64,000 nt of DNA, taken from Paraphysomonas bandaiensis (Eukaryota > Protista > Chrysophyceae). Under the pieces are notes generated by a model. It was not told where the DNA came from. It saw only the letters and a list, made by a program, of their open reading frames with translations, and searched no databases. Below, piece by piece: positions 1 through 12,284 of the stretch. The number at the start of each line of letters is the position of its first letter. The first letter of the stretch is position 1. The position numbers were made by a program, and so were the translations under genes. The stretch lies in the NCBI GenBank assembly GCA_965644295.1, contig CBFFRP010000255.1, positions 202,281-266,280 of the forward strand. Reading direction: 5' to 3'.

Positions 1-212
1 CAGCAGATGACCGCAAATCAATGAGAGTAAAATAACCAATATATCTCACACATGCAGGTACAATCATTTTCAATGTAAGTATAAATTTAAGGTAAGGCTC
101 TACCATCATCAAAATTCGATATCCTATATTCAACATATCTCTTCAAATAAAAATTACTTCGACCGTCTATAACCATTGACTTTCTACATCCAACAAACCT
201 AAGAATGTCTAT

Positions 213-2201
213 TTACAGAGGCTCCAATTTGCGAGGTTTCAATGGGGGTAAAGTAGATGCGGCATTCACAACCTCTGCGTGCGAACCAGATGGCAAATGG
301 GAGTCCACAAGTCCCTCTTCCTTCTTTACAATAGTTTTTCTAGAACGACGAGGCTTCTCACTGCCATCACTAACCGAGTGGGATTTGGCAATTGACTTTC
401 TAGCCGATCCAGGACGCGAACTAGGCGCGGAACCACTGCCGCTCGCTGAGTCAGCCTGTACAATAGTTTTTCTAGAACGACGAGGCTTCTCACTGCCATC
501 ACTAACCGAGTGGGATTTGGCAATTGACTTTCTAGCCGATCCAGGACGCGAACTAGGCGCGGAACCACTGCCGCTCGCTGAGTCAGCCTGTACAATAGTT
601 TTTCTAGAACGACGAGGCTTCTCACTGCCATCACTAACCGAGTGGGATTTGGCAATTGACTTTCTAGCCGATCCAGGACGCGAACTAGGCGCGGAACCAC
701 TGCCGCTCGCTGAGTCAGCCTGTACAATAGTTTTTCTAGAACGACGAGGCTTGTCACTACCATCACTAACCGAGTGGGATTTGGCAATTGACTTTCTAGC
801 CGATCCAGGTCGCGAACTAGGCGCGGAACCACTGCCGCTCGCTGAGTCAGCCTGTACAATAGTTTTTCTAGAACGACGAGGCTTCTCACTGCCATCACTA
901 ACCGAGTGGGATTTGGCAATTGACTTTCTAGCCGATCCAGGTCGCGAACTAGGCGCGGAACCACTGCCGCTCGCTGAGTCAGCCTGTACAATAGTTTTTC
1001 TAGAACGACGAGGCTTGTCACTACCATCACTAACCGAGTGGGATTTGGCAATTGACTTTCTAGCCGATCCAGGACGCGAATTAGGCGCGGAACCACTGCC
1101 GCTCGCTGAGTCAGCCTGTACAATAGTTTTTCTAGAACGACGAGGTTTCTCGTTTTCACTGGTGAGACTAGTCTTTGATTTTGGTGTCAGCACTTCACTT
1201 TCGCTGTCATTATCTTCTAGCTCCTCTTCGGGCATGACGTGGATACGAGAAAATATCTCGTGGCCAAGATAAGGAATTCGCGGCTTCTTTTTCTTGACAG
1301 GAACACTGTCCTCTCGTTTGGCGTATGGATTCAACACCCTGAAGTAGTTCAGCATTAAACTTGTTCTCTTCAAAGAAAGGGTCTGTTTGTTTCCGTTTCG
1401 ACTGGCCAACACCTCTAGTTGATTTTTCCGCTCTTTCTCCTTCTCAGCAAGCAGCCGTTCCTTTTTGAGGTTTTCATTCTTTTCGTAGGTAAACTGACAT
1501 ATCTTGGCGCAGAATAGAGGATCTTGCTGCTCCTTAACTTCGAGGCGCCGTCTTGCTAAGCGATTCCAAAACGTATCCCCGATAATACGCTTCCTCATCA
1601 TAAACTGTAGACTGATAAGGGGGGCGCATGCGGTGGGGGTATTTTTGGAGTACTTCGCAAATTGCTCAATTGTTACATATGTGTCGATTTCTTTTATGTC
1701 GTCTATCATAGTCCGAATACCTGAATTGCTAGCATAGGATTTCCCATGAATAATTTCAATCATTCTTCTAATTTCAGCAAAATCGAGTGCGCCAGACTTG
1801 TCCTTGTCAAAGACAGTGAATGCGAAATTGCCCAGTAGTCCAGGGTCCATAGAAAGAAAATTCCTAATAACACATAACAAGACTTCCAATAGCGTATATA
1901 CTTAAACTTACCACATTGCACATACAAACTCCAGAAAGTTTAATTTACCAAGCTTATTGACGTCAAAAAGTTTAAACATTTGCTTTATGAGCTCGTTTGG
2001 CTCCATCCGAAGATAAAAGTAGAGCTCATGCGGGTGCACATGTCCTGAGCCCTGTTTATCGATATCTGTAAAGGTCGAGTACAAGGAGTTCAAGTCCCCC
2101 TGAGTTAAAGACAACATCTTGTATACTTCCAGCGCAATATCATCGTGTCCTGGTCGATCGGGATCAGGCTTGAACACTACAGATGACAAACACAGCCCCA
2201 T
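213..2201 (-). CDS. EF-hand calcium-binding protein (calcineurin-B/NCS-like) with a C-terminal basic Ser-rich 44-aa repeat tail; 2 exons
   Basis: EF-hand loops DIDKQGSGHV, DVNKLGKLNF and DKDKSGALDF. A 48-nt GT-AG intron at 1864-1911 joins ORFs 1908-2201 and 213-1889 in frame (CAMW-NFL). N-terminus is MGLCLS. Confidence 0.85.
328..1150. repeat. Coding tandem repeat, 132-bp unit, about 6.2 near-identical copies
   Basis: ACAATAGTTTTTCTAGAACGACG recurs at 328, 460, 592, 724, 856, 988 and 1120. Confidence 0.97.
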
Positions 2202-2752
2202 CTGATATATATTCAGGGCTAGGAGATGGTCATACAGTACTCCGCATTATCTGTGTTCTTTATTAGATAGTGTTGACAAGCCGGCGGGTATGTACCTATA
2301 TCTGGACTTTCAGTCACGTACTGCACATGTATGTATATGTATTTGTATTGGTCCTCAGCGATCGAAATTTCTGTTCTGAGCATGTTCTCCACACTCACTC
2401 ACACAGATACACCACACCAACCAGTTCCATTGGCTGATATCCAGGCATGTGGTAAACTGCATCCAATCGACTGCGTATGTGAATTCATAGTAATGACTGC
2501 TAGAATACTGCTGTATACTTCCTCCCTACAATGTAGTACAGCAAGCAATGTATAAGCAGAATACACTGTATGACGAGGGGGGCGATGCAGCAGCTCATAT
2601 GCTCGTATTTGACATGAGAGCAGCTGGAGAGACATCACGAACTGCTGGGCATGCCATATCATTCCGCATTATATTGTTATTACACGTCATGCAACGTCGT
2701 AGCTGTATGTATTAATTAGAGTAAATAGTTTGGAATATATCTCTATTTGAAA

Positions 2753-3642
2753 ATGAGAAATAGGCGTGAAGAGGATAATAGTGGCGAGCAAGCTGTAGAT
2801 GAGGAGGTATATTTCCACCAGGTGGAGGACAAGAGTGATCCCAAAAGTTATAGTTATTTTCCTGTTATTCGAAATTTATTTTATGCCGTGATTGTGTCAT
2901 GTCTAATAGGTAAGAGTACCTTATTATACTCAGTATTAGGGCAACATTGTCATTGACTTATGTTGCAGCATTGTTTTTTATCCTCGTTGTACTAGATTCG
3001 AACGATATGAACACTAATTCAGAAGCTACATCGCCTGTTGTGGCGCTTCAAGATAAATGTAAAGACGAGTGGGCCCCTGATATACTTGTTGGTCGGTGCT
3101 TTGGCCTTAAAACCCACACTGAATATCCGGTGTTTCGTGACATCAGTGTAGTCGAAAACAGTGAACATTGTAAAAGACTTTGTTGTGAGCTTGGTGACGA
3201 GTGTATTTCGTGGCAGTTCTGGATAGGCATCAAACTATGTAAATTAGGGGGACCAGTTAGAATTGGAGCAGAATCTGCGAAAACAGCCAATTGGTGTGAG
3301 CCAGATCCACCTCTACACTGGCAGGGAAAGAGAGTTGCGTTTCAGAATGGGTCGAACACTGAGATTGGTCAAAATTTAACGACACAATGTTTTGGTTTGG
3401 GACCTGCAAAGTTCAAGACTGTTTCGGGGGAACGTGTAGCTCTTACTATATCTGAGTGCTCCACGGCCTGCTTGAACACCCCTGGGTGCCGAATGTGGCA
3501 AGCACATGATAGTAGAGGTTGTTTTTATAGTACATCGAAATCACTGTACTGTGAGCCATATGATGGTGTTTATGATGGAGGCCGCAAGAAAATCGCTCGT
3601 GCTGGTGAAGTGCCGCATGAGAAACGGGTCTTATTTATATAG
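2753..3642 (+). CDS. Type II membrane protein with two Cys-rich PAN/Apple-like modules; 2 exons
   Basis: Intron 2910-2968 joins the two halves of a hydrophobic segment. Repeated motifs CFGL..CKRLCC..CISWQF and CFGL..CSTAC..CRMWQA. Confidence 0.75.
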
Positions 3643-3995
3643 TAGATGTTGATTTGAAGTAGGATACATAATGGCGGTGGTGTTTTCTGATTAGGTGCTA
3701 TATCTATTGTAGACAAAGATACTCAACAGTATTTTTATTTAAATAATGGACCTTGGCACAAACGTTATTTTTTGTGTATTGTATACAAAGAATTAATCAA
3801 TCCATGGTTATTGACATCAGCTGTTCGGCAATATTTTGTCTAAACTATACCTCATGATAATTCCCTTGATGTACAAGGTACAAGGTATATTTTAAAAATA
3901 TAGGTTACTATATACCATATAATGCTGTAAAATTTAAACCATTGGTGTAATATGTATAAGTTATTTTGTCTCTATATTCCAGAGTATCCATAGCC

Positions 3996-4086
3996 CAGGC
4001 ACAGCAACCATTAATGATAGTGCCATTATGATTGCGGGTTGCGGGAACATACTTTATGAATGGTCATTAACGGTTACCAGGCCCTG
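3996..4086. mobile_element. Possible degenerate miniature TIR element (CAGG..CCTG)
   Basis: Imperfect inverted ends CAGGCACAGCAACCATTAATGA / TCATTAACGGTTACCAGGCCCTG; no TSD seen. Confidence 0.3.
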
Positions 4087-4403
4087 GTCAAGATGCACAA
4101 TATATATACGATGCACGGACTTTAATAGTATATGTATTCATTTTAAGAACGGAAGAAAAAATAAATGATATCAAAAGAAATTATTCAATTCATAATGCAG
4201 AACAATCATAAGCCAAAGTATACTTTGAAGTCTACTGTGTGCAAACGCTAGGGTCTGTTGAATCATTAATGATATGTACACTCCACGTTAATATTACTAC
4301 TTGAATCACCATCATATCTGTTCTCTATAATTTTTCTTTTTGAATGGTGACGCATAGTAGAAATGAATGACAAAACCCATTCATTCTAATAACTTAGAGT
4401 ATA

Positions 4404-4877
4404 AATATTGAAAGTCTTTTATTTAGCAATATGGGTTAAAAACCTGCACCAACTTAGTAGCTAGATGAATGCTTGTCAACCTTTATCCTACTCTATTTAA
4501 CGCTACGAAAGCTGCTTGTGCGTCGCCGCAAGCACCAAGGTGCAACCACTTCCGTTCTGAGTTCTTCAGGTGAATATCCCGGATGTTTGACTTTAGCAGG
4601 CAGCCCAGTACCCCGGTTACCCTTCAGGTGGGCCCTGTCCCGAATGCCTTTGTTGTGGGCCCATTTCCGGATGCCTGTTTATTCGTCAGGGCCCAAAGAT
4701 GTCTACACAAGTGACATGTATAGGTGTCCTTTGTACCACACAAGCATTCGGCTATGAGTGGGCAGAATAATATCTGCTGACTATGCTTGCGGCTTACGTT
4801 AATTTCCCAGAGAGAATCTCTCCGGTACTTATCCCCCAGAACAACACGAAAAGGTGCGAGTCCGACTTTGTTGAGGG
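4404..4877 (-). mobile_element. Non-autonomous non-LTR retroposon (SINE/SIDER-like), copy A, with 5-prime HDV-like fold
   Basis: 13-bp direct repeat AACTTAGAGTATA at 4391-4403 and 4878-4890; reverse-complement homologue of 41730-42236. Confidence 0.9.
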
Positions 4878-5859
4878 AACTTAGAGTATAGACTTCTATA
4901 GCAGTATATATTCATAGTGCAATACGTGCATGAATACACATTGCTTAATAAGTATGACATGAAGATATAAATTAAAGAACCACGCCCTGTATATATCTGA
5001 TACCATCACATGTAAGTGATGCTATCGTGACTCTCTCATAAACTCTAAATATGAAACAGCATCACATTGAAGGAAATTGCAGCTCCACTAAACTATTCAC
5101 TCTCTCTGGAACGGGATTACTTGAACTTGTTGTAATCACAGCTATTCCAGCAGGACTAGCTACGATAGAGCTCCAGCTGTGCATATCCATATCTATCGTC
5201 CCACAACAGCAGGACATCTGGGACATACGCCCGCTGTGTTGTGTCCCATTGAACTGTATACCGTATTCCGTATACCGTGTATTCAGTGTATACTAGAGAC
5301 ATCAGGAGCAGCACCATCCATGGCCATCATGTATTTGAAATGTATTGGCCGAAGTTTGAAATTCATGTAGCTTTGTAGTAGGTATACGTGTAGGCGTAGG
5401 TGTTAGCCAATCCACATGTATGTATGTGTAACTATCCCAATTGGACAATAAGACTTCACGGGAATGTAGACAGAATTATGAAGGCCGCTCAAGCCACAGG
5501 CTTGTCAACCATGCGTCTGAGCATTAGATAGGTAGGGGAAAGTGTATCCAGCTGACACTATGAGTTCGATGTCTCTGGCGGCTCCAAAACAAAAACAACA
5601 GATGAATAACTCCACTCCGCCCTTCAGAGTCGGAGGAAGAGGTTCCAAGCAGTTATCTAAGGTAAGCCATGTATTCATTGGTGTTAAATGACTTATCTTG
5701 TGAGTGAAGGCTATTGAGAAGCGGTCTATAGAGAAGGGGCAGGCTCGTGGACAGCCCATATGCGAGCCTCACTGGGCCTTCTGCTTTGGCAATCATCCCT
5801 GTTTTGCAAAGATAATTTCATCTCCTTCATGGGGGCCAACTTCTGTTATTATTCAACCA

Positions 5860-7952
5860 ATGTTTTCAAGTGATTTAGATCCCAATTTACTAGTACCGTG
5901 GGAAGGCCACCTTTGGCTTGCCAAAAAAGATAAACTGTTCCCGGTAAAGGTGCGTGCCACGCTATTTGTATTTGTTTTGTATTAACACCGTTTTAGATGA
6001 AACAGGAGCCTGCAGGATGGAGGGTGGTATATACATCCCAGCTACAGCAACTTGTTTCTCAAACCAGTTCTGATATTTGTACAAGCATAAACAGCAGTAC
6101 CCACCCTGTTAGTCTGGTTGCTGCGACGGCAAAAGGCGACAATGACTGGGACCTTGTGAGCTTAGAAAGTTCAGATTTTGATGAAGCTAGTAGTGTTGAG
6201 AGTTTACTGTTTCCACAGCTGGGGAAGGATCACTCTCGGAATAAGAAGTCCGAGGTTGTTGTTCCTGCAACTAGCAGTAGTAGTACAGTTGCAGCATCAT
6301 CCCCGCTCATATCAAGAGTAGCGGGAGTTCCCCCTGAGCAAGTAAACACGCCTTCAACTCAACATGAACTACCTCGTTTACATTCTTCTTCTGGAACTCA
6401 GTGCATACCCCAGCACCAACAACAACCTCCGCTCCCTGGTGTTGGCACAAGGAGTCATTTCCCCCGAGCACATTACACCCCCGTCATCAGCCCAAGGCAG
6501 CGAAGTATTTCCCCGGCCTCTCTAGATTCTCCTTCGTCGAAGTATGTTCCTGATCAAACTAATGCTCTCCATTGCACCCCTTCTGGGGGGTCCGCCGCAG
6601 TACCCATGGCCGTTAAATCCGCTAGCGCTTGCCCAAGTGCGAAGTCAATTTCCGAAAGCGGCAACAGCTGCCCAACGTCTGTGACCAACACTCCTTTGAC
6701 TCACATGTCTCCTTTCTCATCAGGCTCTCCGGCTTCTTTTTCCTCATGTGATGAAGATATCCGAGGTGTGCTAGAGGGCTGGGAAACATGTTCAGACGAC
6801 CGCACCCCAACGCTCTCGGAAACTCACTCGAATTCCAGATTAGGTATGCAATACAGAGGGATTGCATTTGAATCTCCTCATGTTAATCATGTTGCAAGAA
6901 GCATTGATTGTAGCACTGTTAGTGTCGATAGTTATGCGGTAGCATTGCCCGATTGTAGCTGTCCTGATTTCTCAACGGCTACTATTCATGATGCCGTGTC
7001 ACCGGAAGATTTAAAAGTGACGAAGAGCACTTCATGCCTTTCGAATGATATCCCTTCGTCGTGCGAATCCTCTCGGGTGAGTGGTGACGTTTTTGTTTGT
7101 ACCGCGCACCTTGACAGTGCCGCATCTTCGCCTTCCCAGTGCTATGGCAATGTGGAGTTCCCTCCCATCTCACTTCCGGGGCAATGCTCTCGTGACACTT
7201 CTACCTCCTCCACTGAACCACCCCCCTCTGATATTTCTACCTGTGATATGGAAACGTGCCGAAATGAATTATCTGCCCCTCGTAACGAACCATGTACGTC
7301 ACCTCCAGACCCTTGCTGCGCTAAGCGATCCCCCTCTCTTACAGAGCCTTGCCTAGCTAACGGGTTCACCTCCCCTACAGAAATATGCCCTGTGGACCAA
7401 TCCGCCGTTCTTACAGAAACATGTCCAGCCGAGCGACCCCCCTCCCTTACAGATCCTTGCCTAGCTGTATGGTCCACCTCTCCTACTAAACGTTGCCCAG
7501 CTGACCGACCCACATCTATTACAGACCCATGTCCAGCCGAACGATCCACGTCTCCTGTAGAACCTTGCCTATCTGACGGACCCACCTCTCAAACAGAAAC
7601 ATGTCCTGCTGGGCGACCCACATCTCGCATAGAAATGCGCCCAGTACGCTCGATGGATTGTAGTCCCATAGTTTCGAGAGCTTCCCGTTCTGCTTCCGAT
7701 ACCAATAGGAAACCTACAAGGTCTTCTAAGCGGAAGCTGAATACTTCGAATGAAGCCCCTGAAGTCTCCAAGCGTCCCACTACCAAAGGAATGAAAAGGA
7801 GGCGCAGAGAAAATAGTCTATTGGAGAGACCACCAGCACGGCAACTACCTCAACGGTCATCTCGAAATTGCAATTATGCGAATCGAGATTCCTTTTTTGG
7901 ATCATGGCCAACTCGCGACCAGGCTGCTTCAAAGGGAACGTGGAGACTTTAG
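5860..7952 (+). CDS. Uncharacterised Ser/Pro-rich protein with 12-aa Cys-containing repeats and a basic C-terminus; 2 exons
   Basis: ATG at 5860; a phase-0 intron at 5944-5996 joins it to the 651-aa ORF. Confidence 0.65.
7299..7658 (+). repeat. Degenerate 36-bp (12-aa) coding repeat, about 10 units
   Basis: Units include SPPDPCCAKRSP, SLTEPCLANGFT, SPTEICPVDQSA, VLTETCPAERPP and SLTDPCLAVWST. Confidence 0.8.
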
Positions 7953-8427
7953 TCTTTTCAGTTAGCTCCACTACGTATTTTTATGTGTAAATTCTTCACC
8001 TTGTATGTACATAGTTTCATTGTGACACGTGTGATTGAGTGTAATTAAAGAGATTTTAGTTTATTTAAAAGGGATATTTAGAACTTTAGAAAAAGGTTAA
8101 CCCGTGCACGTTTGGCCTATATTTTGTGGTTACACGATACTGTGCATCAATGACCATCGGTTCCAATATTACGATTGTGTACAACAATTTATATTTTATA
8201 TATTGAACTATTTATATTTTATAGATTTATTGCAAATTAGAAATTTGAACAAAATATTTAATTTATACGATCGTAAACAAAACGGAGAAGTTCATTCTCA
8301 ATCGTGTTATCGATAAATCGTAGTGCATTATATTCCAAACGAATATATTGCATTTTGCAAGTAATTGTATATATAAATATATGGAACACAAAACCAAAAC
8401 ACATAAAAAGCCAAATCATTCCGGAAA

Positions 8428-11080
8428 TCAAGAGACATGGGAGTGAATTCCCACTCCGAATTTTCGGTGTAAAAGCGTACGAAACCTCTCCAAAGAATAA
8501 CGACAGCGGATCGGAATCGCACCTTCAATATCAGCAAGGGCCAATTTTCCGATATCACGTAGGCGCCAATTCTGCAACAGCGTTGTGGCCAAGTAAAAAT
8601 TAATCGAAGGAAACAACTGAAGAAATTCACCTTTACTATATGTTAGATATGTATACGTAAAGCGGTAAAAATGACTTACAATGGGCGGTGAAGACTTGGT
8701 TGTTTGCCACATGGGAAAGCATTGGCCTTTCTTTATAAGTAGATATTAGCTCTCCGTATTGCACAGCAGAATGCTTCGCAGCCTCTACGCATGCAGCGCT
8801 AATAATCGATGCTACAGAGAGATTGCATGCCTGTCGCACAATAACAGCACAGGGGAACTGTGATACAGACTGGAAAAGAGATACCAGCGCTTCAGAATTG
8901 ACTTCATCTTCATCTGTCATTAGAACTACTAGCCAGAGTGTGTCGAACTTAAAGGCCTGCTTTGTAAGGTTGCGCAAGTACACTTTAAAATCACTTCGAC
9001 AGTGTAGAACCCATACGGGAAGTAAACACACGGCCGTTACCTCATCGACAATAAAAGATACTGGTGGCTGTAGTGGGGCATCCACACATCGGATTCCGTG
9101 CTTTTGACTTAGGAGAGCAGCAAACACTGGGCTCTCTACTAGTAAGTCCTCGGATACTAAGATCTCCAGTCCGAGAAGAGAAGATCCATGAGGTGCACCT
9201 TTCGAGGGGATGCTAAGAGACTTTTGAATGTCTGTAGTGGTAGAGGAAAATGGTAGAGGATAAGGAGGTAAAATTTCGCGCTGAAATGCAGCTTCATTTC
9301 CTTGCACGACACAATTCTCCTCCTCAGGTTGTCCTCCATGGACCAGCATATAAGTTCGTATCATACTCTCCATTCCCTCAGTCATGGCGCCGTAAGCTAT
9401 ACCTGTGCGTGATCTTTTCTTTCTATATTCGTCCCCATGTTCAAACTCATTTCCCCAACTTTTATTTATTGTGTGAGGTCGTTTTATACCAGAGATAGTG
9501 GTAGTTTCTTTCCTCTGCGATTGTGCATTCCCATTTTCATGACATATATTATTTTCGGATCGAGGGCTTCGTGGCTGCATGTTAACAACAGCTACTTCAT
9601 CTCCCGGGTCAGACTGAGTAACGAGCTCCGCACACTCTTTTTCTTTTTCTTCATCCACTGATGACCGCGCTACGTCATGACAGTCATCTTCATTGTCGAT
9701 GTCATCAGCCGTACTTCTAAGCGATTCATCGTCCCCTATCCCTATGACAACTACTGGAAAAAGCATTTTCGTAGTTTCACAGTCACTTAATTCTAGATAC
9801 GATCCCGAAACAACAGCAGAAGAATATACCTCATGATCTATCAGCCGGCTCCCTCTATTACCGAGCATCCTCTTCCAGGCACAGACTGGCGCAAGAGGAC
9901 GAACTGTCGCAGATCCTTCAGGAAACAGCGAACTGTGCCAGTCTTGATATCGAACTTTCTTCTTCTGTTTATGGGAGGGCGGCAAGGGCAGATATCGCAG
10001 TCGAAAGATAGAGTTCAATAACTCGTCCAACAGTCCTTCCCCTTCCATTGAAACACAAGTCTTCAAATGGGGTCGCGAACGTAAAGCTTTTATCTCCCTC
10101 CCTCCAATATCACTTATATGCCAGCAGTAAATTTGCAATAGCCTACCACCACTATCACTACACTCTCCCCTATTCTCCAGCAATATTCCAGGCACGTCTC
10201 CGGATTGCTCTTCATTGGAATACGAGGCATGCACTCTGATCGTGGGCATCCAGGACATACCGCGACTGAGTTCACTCAAAGTGGGGGCTGGCTGTAATAC
10301 CTTACTGGTCACAGGTGCGACTAATCTTTTAGTTGGAGAACGAGTTGATGTACATAACTCGGAAGTAATCCCAGTAGCAATGCGTATCAAGCTAAAATCA
10401 GATAAGTACTGCAGGCTTAAGCCTCGAAAGAAAGTCTCAACTACAGTACTACCAGAAGAAGGACGCGTAAACACAGAATTTAGCTGAACGATAGCATCAA
10501 TGTACGATGGCATAGCTCGACTCGCAGGAAGCTTACAGCATTGTGTGGACACAATGTACTTAAAAGACATTGAAAAATTTGGCACCTTGTCTGTTGAAAC
10601 ATTGGCAGAATGGCAGATAGTCAATTCTTTTTCAAAATCGACCAAATTCGTACGTCTCAAACACTCTAATTGTTTCATACTGGTTACACCACTCACGAGA
10701 TGACTGATGCCAGAGATAAAATCACTGATGTCATCGTCAGTTGAGGTAAATATTGGGCAAAAGAGTTGCTTGTCAAGATCTGTACAGAACAGTCCAAATC
10801 TTTCGGTGTCGTAATCATTACATATGGCTGAAGCAGCATTATTACTTATAGCTGGAAGAGATAGTTCACTCAAGCCTCCCCAGCTGTAATTCATCCACTC
10901 ATGCAGCGCCATTCCCTTGAACAGAACAGTGCTGTGGAGGGAAACGTCATCCCTATATCTCTCAGGCTCGCCGGATTGACTGGCGTGATGAAGTGTTTGT
11001 TGTTGTATCTTATGTATACTCGGCCTCTTTTGCTCAAAGTGTTTGCATTCAATGCAGGCAGCTGTCGCTAGAGGGAGCAT
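8428..11080 (-). CDS. SHOC1: SHOC1/Zip2-like meiotic crossover protein (C-terminal XPF-like plus HhH region); 5-prime end uncertain
   Basis: C-terminal GIRCVDAPLQPPVSFIVDEVTAVCL...AFKFDTLWLVV. After intron 8631-8679 comes EFLQLFPSINFYLATTLL, matching the SHOC1-type E-x-F-L-x-x-F-P-S-x-N helix-hairpin motif. Confidence 0.65.
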
Positions 11081-11318
11081 GGACACCAACTGCTACTATT
11101 ACTGAACCCCAACTCTAGAGTACGTATACTAACAGATACACATACAGCATCACAATTACTACTCATCATGTTGATGGGTGACACGATACGATAAGCCTCT
11201 ATAGATACAGATATACTCGCGTCGAAGAAGTGTAGATTCGATATACTCACACTTCTCTTCATACTTCGACCAATCACTTCCTAAGCATCTGGTTTGGTAT
11301 CTAAATACAGCGTATGGT

Positions 11319-11742
11319 GTATGTATGTATGTATGTATGTATGTAGGTAGGTAGGTAGGTATGTAGGTACAGTATGTGGGTACATGTATGTATGTATGTA
11401 TGTATGTATGTATGTATGTATGTATGTATGTATGTATGTATGTATGTATGTATGTATGTATGTATGTATGTATGTATGTATGTATGTATGTATGTATGTA
11501 TGTATGTATGTATGTATGTATGTATGTATGTATGTATGTATGTATGTATGTATGTATGTATGTATGTATGTATGTATGTATGTATGTATGTATGTATGTA
11601 TGTATGTATGTATGTATGTATGTATGTATGTATGTATGTATGTATGTATGTATGTATGTATGTATGTATGTATGTATGTATGTATGTATGTATGTATGTA
11701 TGTATGTATGTATGTATGTATGTATGTATGTATGTATGTATG

Positions 11743-11776
<34 letters not shown>

Positions 11777-12182
11777 TGTATGTATGTACGTATGTATGTA
11801 TGTATGTATGTATGTATGTATGTATGTATGTATGTATGTATGTATGTATGTATGTATGTATGTATGTATGTGTGTATGTATGTATGTATGTATGTATGTA
11901 TGTATGTATGTATGTATGTATGTATGTATGTATGTATGTATGTATGTATGTATGTATGTATGTATGTATGTATGTATGTATGTATGTATGTATGTATGTA
12001 TGTATGTATGTATGTATGTATGTATGTATGTATGTATGTATGTATGTATGTATGTATGTATGTATGTATGTATGTATGTATGTATGTATGTATGTATGTA
12101 TGTATGTATGTATGTATGTATGTATGTATGTATGTATGCATGTATGTATGTATGTATGTATGTATGTATGTATGTATGTATG
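11319..12182. repeat. (TATG)n microsatellite, about 860 bp, with a few variant units
   Basis: Directly visible; short (TAGG)n variant near 11344-11367. Confidence 0.99.
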
Positions 12183-12284
12183 TTAGAGTGTCCGTGTTGT
12201 GGGTACATCCATCTCTTTATTATAAGGATCTATACAGAGCAGTTGTGCACAAGTTATAAGCCTAATAGACCTATTTTTTCCAGG

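Noticed and set aside
328-1150. CRISPR-like array
   Set aside because: Contiguous identical units without spacers, in-frame coding, eukaryotic context.
205-1272. 355-aa plus-strand ORF and 277-aa alternative-frame ORF
   Set aside because: Shadows of the 132-bp coding repeat; a stop-free unit is open in several frames automatically.
4655-4695. Hammerhead-like CUGACGA..GAAA on the minus strand in the retroposon body
   Set aside because: No stem II between the motifs, and GAAA is not conserved in copy B (GGAAT).
5070-5190. About 40-codon minus-strand ORF as the missing divergent partner of the 5860 gene
   Set aside because: Too short and without motif; needs transcript evidence.
11159-12284. 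Long HTYI / MYVC ORFs, including an N-terminal extension of the LIM protein
   Set aside because: Translation of the (TATG)n microsatellite; the LIM ATG is at 12285.
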